A DNA stretch of 32,000 nucleotides from Vibrio alginolyticus NBRC 15630 = ATCC 17749. Its GTDB lineage: Bacteria; Pseudomonadota; Gammaproteobacteria; Enterobacterales; Vibrionaceae. Where the stretch lies: positions 2,700,001-2,732,000 of the forward strand of contig NC_022349.1 of the NCBI RefSeq assembly GCF_000354175.2, read 5' to 3'. The translations under genes were made by a program, and so were the position numbers. A model generated the notes under the pieces. That model worked only from the letters and a program-made list of their open reading frames with translations. It ran no database searches and was not told where the DNA came from. Below are positions 29,744-32,000 of this stretch, in pieces (the first letter of the stretch is position 1; each line of letters opens with the position of its first letter).

Positions 29744-31642
29744 ATGATAGGCATTAGACGTGTGAAAGTACCTAAGCGAGTCGGCACCTTATTGGCGACA
29801 GCACTATTTTTTAGTGCACTCACTGCCGCTTACTACTATCAGAAATATCTGACGTTGTTAGAAAACAATGTTGAGAACACCGCTCAAGAAGCGTTACATC
29901 AATTGGCCTATACTGGCCGTGAATACAGCAATATTCAGGATCAAATCGAAACGATCAGTGACCTACTTGGTCACAGCCAAAGTCTGTATGAATATCTGCG
30001 CCAACCTAACCGGGTGAACCGTTCCATCTTAGAAGACATGTGGATCTCGGTCGCAATCAATCAAAAGTTGTATAAGCAAATTCGCTTTCTTGATGTTTCT
30101 GGTCGAGAAAAAGTGAGGATTAATTATGAGATTGAAACAGGCGCTGCGTTGCCCGCGATCAAATTGCAAAATAAGTCAGAGCGAGATTACTTTCAATTCG
30201 CTAAGAACTTAGACGATGGCGAAATCGCTTCGTGGGGGATAGGTTTAGAACGAGAGTATGGCGAGTTAGTCTATCCCTATAGCCCGTCACTGCGTATTTT
30301 GATGCCTATTTCGCTTAACGGAAAGCGCGAAGGGTATCTTGTGCTTAATGTTGATATTGACTATTTATCCTCTCGACTCAACTATTCGTCAGTGCTTGAT
30401 TTCCATATTGAGCTGATTAAGAGTGACGGATTTTACATTGATAGCCCTAAATCAGCTCGTTTGTATGGCCATATAATTCCCGCTCGCTCTCAATTTAATT
30501 TTGGCCGGATGTACCCAAACATTTGGCGTAGTTTAAATTCAAAAGATTCGGGCTATGCTTACAATGGTTCGAATTTGGTCGCGTATCGCACCATCCAGTT
30601 TGTTTCTAGCGAACCTCTTCATCTGGTTATTGATCTTACCAATGAGCAGTTATTATCCCGAGCTCAGAGGGATATTGATGACTTAATCCAAGAAGCGTTT
30701 TTTGTTCTAAGTTTGGTGCTCGGCTTCACTTTGCCGACGGCAGCCCTTGCTCTGCATTATCGGCGTCATAGTATGGAATCGAAGTTGGCTCGAGCTGCTC
30801 TTGATGGTATGACTGCGGTGATGATCTCGGATGTTTCACATAGAATCATCATGGTTAATCAAGAGTTTGAAAACATGATGGGTTACTCAACCAAGCATGC
30901 CCAAGGTTGGAGTGCACATCATTTAATTCTCTTACCTGAAGATCTCGAAGCAAACCTGAGTATCTGGAAAACACTGAAGAGTGAACACGTATGGGAAGGG
31001 GAGATTCGTTGTCGAACTAAGTTTAATCAAGTCTTTACTGCAATAATGCGTATTCAGGCGAATTTAACCAAATCAGGTAAAGTGAGTTATTACATTACGT
31101 CGCTGGTGGATATCTCTGGGCAAAAAGAGTTAGAAGAAAAATTACGAAACCTAAGCGAAAAAGATGGCTTGACGGGGTTGTGGAACCGCCGAAAATTTGA
31201 AGAGCAATTGGCGCAATATGCGGGGATTATTGAACGCTATCCTGATAGCCCTCCTGCTTGTTTGGCGTTGTTTGATATTGACCACTTTAAACGTATTAAT
31301 GACGAGCTTGGCCACGACGAAGGAGACAAGGTGATTTGTAGTGTCGCAGAAACCCTCCTAGAAGAAGTCCGCAGCACAGATTTTGTATCTCGTGTCGGTG
31401 GTGAGGAATTTGCAGTGATTATGCCGCATACAACACTAGAAGAGGCTGAAATTGTATTGAACAGGCTACGTGTCGCGGTTCAAATGCGTAGTGATAGAGG
31501 CATTACTGTCAGTGCTGGGTATAGTGATTTAACCTCTGATCGTACAAGAACGTATAAATGTGCTGATATTGCTTTGTATGAGTCAAAAAGTGCAGGGCGT
31601 AACTGCGTATCGCTATGTCATAGTTATGATGATATTGCTTAG
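29744..31642 (+). CDS. Sensor diguanylate cyclase (two TM helices, large periplasmic domain, PAS, GGDEF)
   Basis: TM1 is LLATALFFSALTAAYYY and TM2 is FFVLSLVLGFTLPTAALAL. A PAS-like segment follows (MTAVMISDVSHRIIMVNQEFENMMGY). The active site GGEEF is at 31397-31411 and the RxxD I-site (RSTD) is at 31370-31381. The start codon is uncertain because no clear SD precedes 29744. Confidence 0.88.
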   Translation: MIGIRRVKVPKRVGTLLATALFFSALTAAYYYQKYLTLLENNVENTAQEALHQLAYTGREYSNIQDQIETISDLLGHSQSLYEYLRQPNRVNRSILEDMWISVAINQKLYKQIRFLDVSGREKVRINYEIETGAALPAIKLQNKSERDYFQFAKNLDDGEIASWGIGLEREYGELVYPYSPSLRILMPISLNGKREGYLVLNVDIDYLSSRLNYSSVLDFHIELIKSDGFYIDSPKSARLYGHIIPARSQFNFGRMYPNIWRSLNSKDSGYAYNGSNLVAYRTIQFVSSEPLHLVIDLTNEQLLSRAQRDIDDLIQEAFFVLSLVLGFTLPTAALALHYRRHSMESKLARAALDGMTAVMISDVSHRIIMVNQEFENMMGYSTKHAQGWSAHHLILLPEDLEANLSIWKTLKSEHVWEGEIRCRTKFNQVFTAIMRIQANLTKSGKVSYYITSLVDISGQKELEEKLRNLSEKDGLTGLWNRRKFEEQLAQYAGIIERYPDSPPACLALFDIDHFKRINDELGHDEGDKVICSVAETLLEEVRSTDFVSRVGGEEFAVIMPHTTLEEAEIVLNRLRVAVQMRSDRGITVSAGYSDLTSDRTRTYKCADIALYESKSAGRNCVSLCHSYDDIA

Positions 31643-31658
31643 TGCTTTTACAAAAACG

Positions 31659-31686
31659 AAAAAACGGGGATAGACCCCCGCTTTTT
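31659..31686. terminator. Bidirectional terminator between convergent genes
   Basis: AAAAAA CGGGG atagac CCCCG CTTTTT. Confidence 0.55.
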
Positions 31687-31696
31687 AGTCTCAGCG

Positions 31697-32000
31697 TTAT
31701 TCGCTAGCCAGTATGCGACATTGGTTGTCGATGGCGGCTTCGATACACTGTATTGATTGTCTCAAATAACGCTCTAGATAACCTAAAGCATCCTGACTCT
31801 TTTTGTCTAGCGATGCCTTCATCAGTATTTCTTGCTCATCGAGATTACAGTGCCCAGGGTTCCCTGTGCCTAAAATCTGCATCGCGAAGTATTGGTAGCG
31901 TTTAATTTGCGTGAGTAGATCGCGGAAAAACCCAAACATATTGACAGAGCCAGCACCTTCAAACAGCGCAGTAAGAAACTGATTTTGGCGCTCTTCCCAT
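31697..32000 (-). CDS. Hypothetical protein, C-terminal part (frame stays open to the window edge)
   Basis: The reading frame continues upstream of the track ATG at 31939 through base 32000 (...WEERQNQFLTALFEGAGSVNMFGFF...). I do not recognise the family. Confidence 0.5.
   Translation of the reverse strand, partial: WEERQNQFLTALFEGAGSVNMFGFFRDLLTQIKRYQYFAMQILGTGNPGHCNLDEQEILMKASLDKKSQDALGYLERYLRQSIQCIEAAIDNQCRILASE

Overview
By gene content and order this is a core-chromosome segment of a Vibrio-like gammaproteobacterium. Nearly all of it is recognisable housekeeping. The order is: mdh (3' end), a small ORF, ispB, rplU-rpmA, obg/cgtA, a split ThrE-family exporter pair, folA, the lptD-surA-pdxA-rsmA-apaG-apaH cluster, djlA, a DUF547 protein, leuL-leuABCD with a readable leucine attenuator, three envelope-type genes (SH3 lipoprotein, PAP2 phosphatase, MJ1255-type glycosyltransferase), leuO, an acyl-CoA ligase, ilvIH, a PAS-GGDEF diguanylate cyclase, and a partial ORF. 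I see no transposase, integrase, CRISPR array, tRNA or rRNA gene, toxin-antitoxin pair, or recognisable defence or prophage module, so I cannot support a claim of a new multi-gene system here. Five things look worth a second look. (1) A roughly 165-180 bp hairpin-rich composite repeat occurs twice in opposite orientation, at 5981-6160 and 15117-15280. (2) The uncharacterised lipoprotein/PAP2/GT trio separates leuA from leuO, which are direct neighbours in E. coli. (3) An orphan promoter-plus-terminator pair between ispB and rplU could be a small RNA. (4) The ilvIH 5' region is long and carries Leu/Ile-rich mini-ORFs. (5) The leuB-leuC spacer is unusually long. All functional calls rest on reading the translated ORFs and the sequence by eye; no searches were run.
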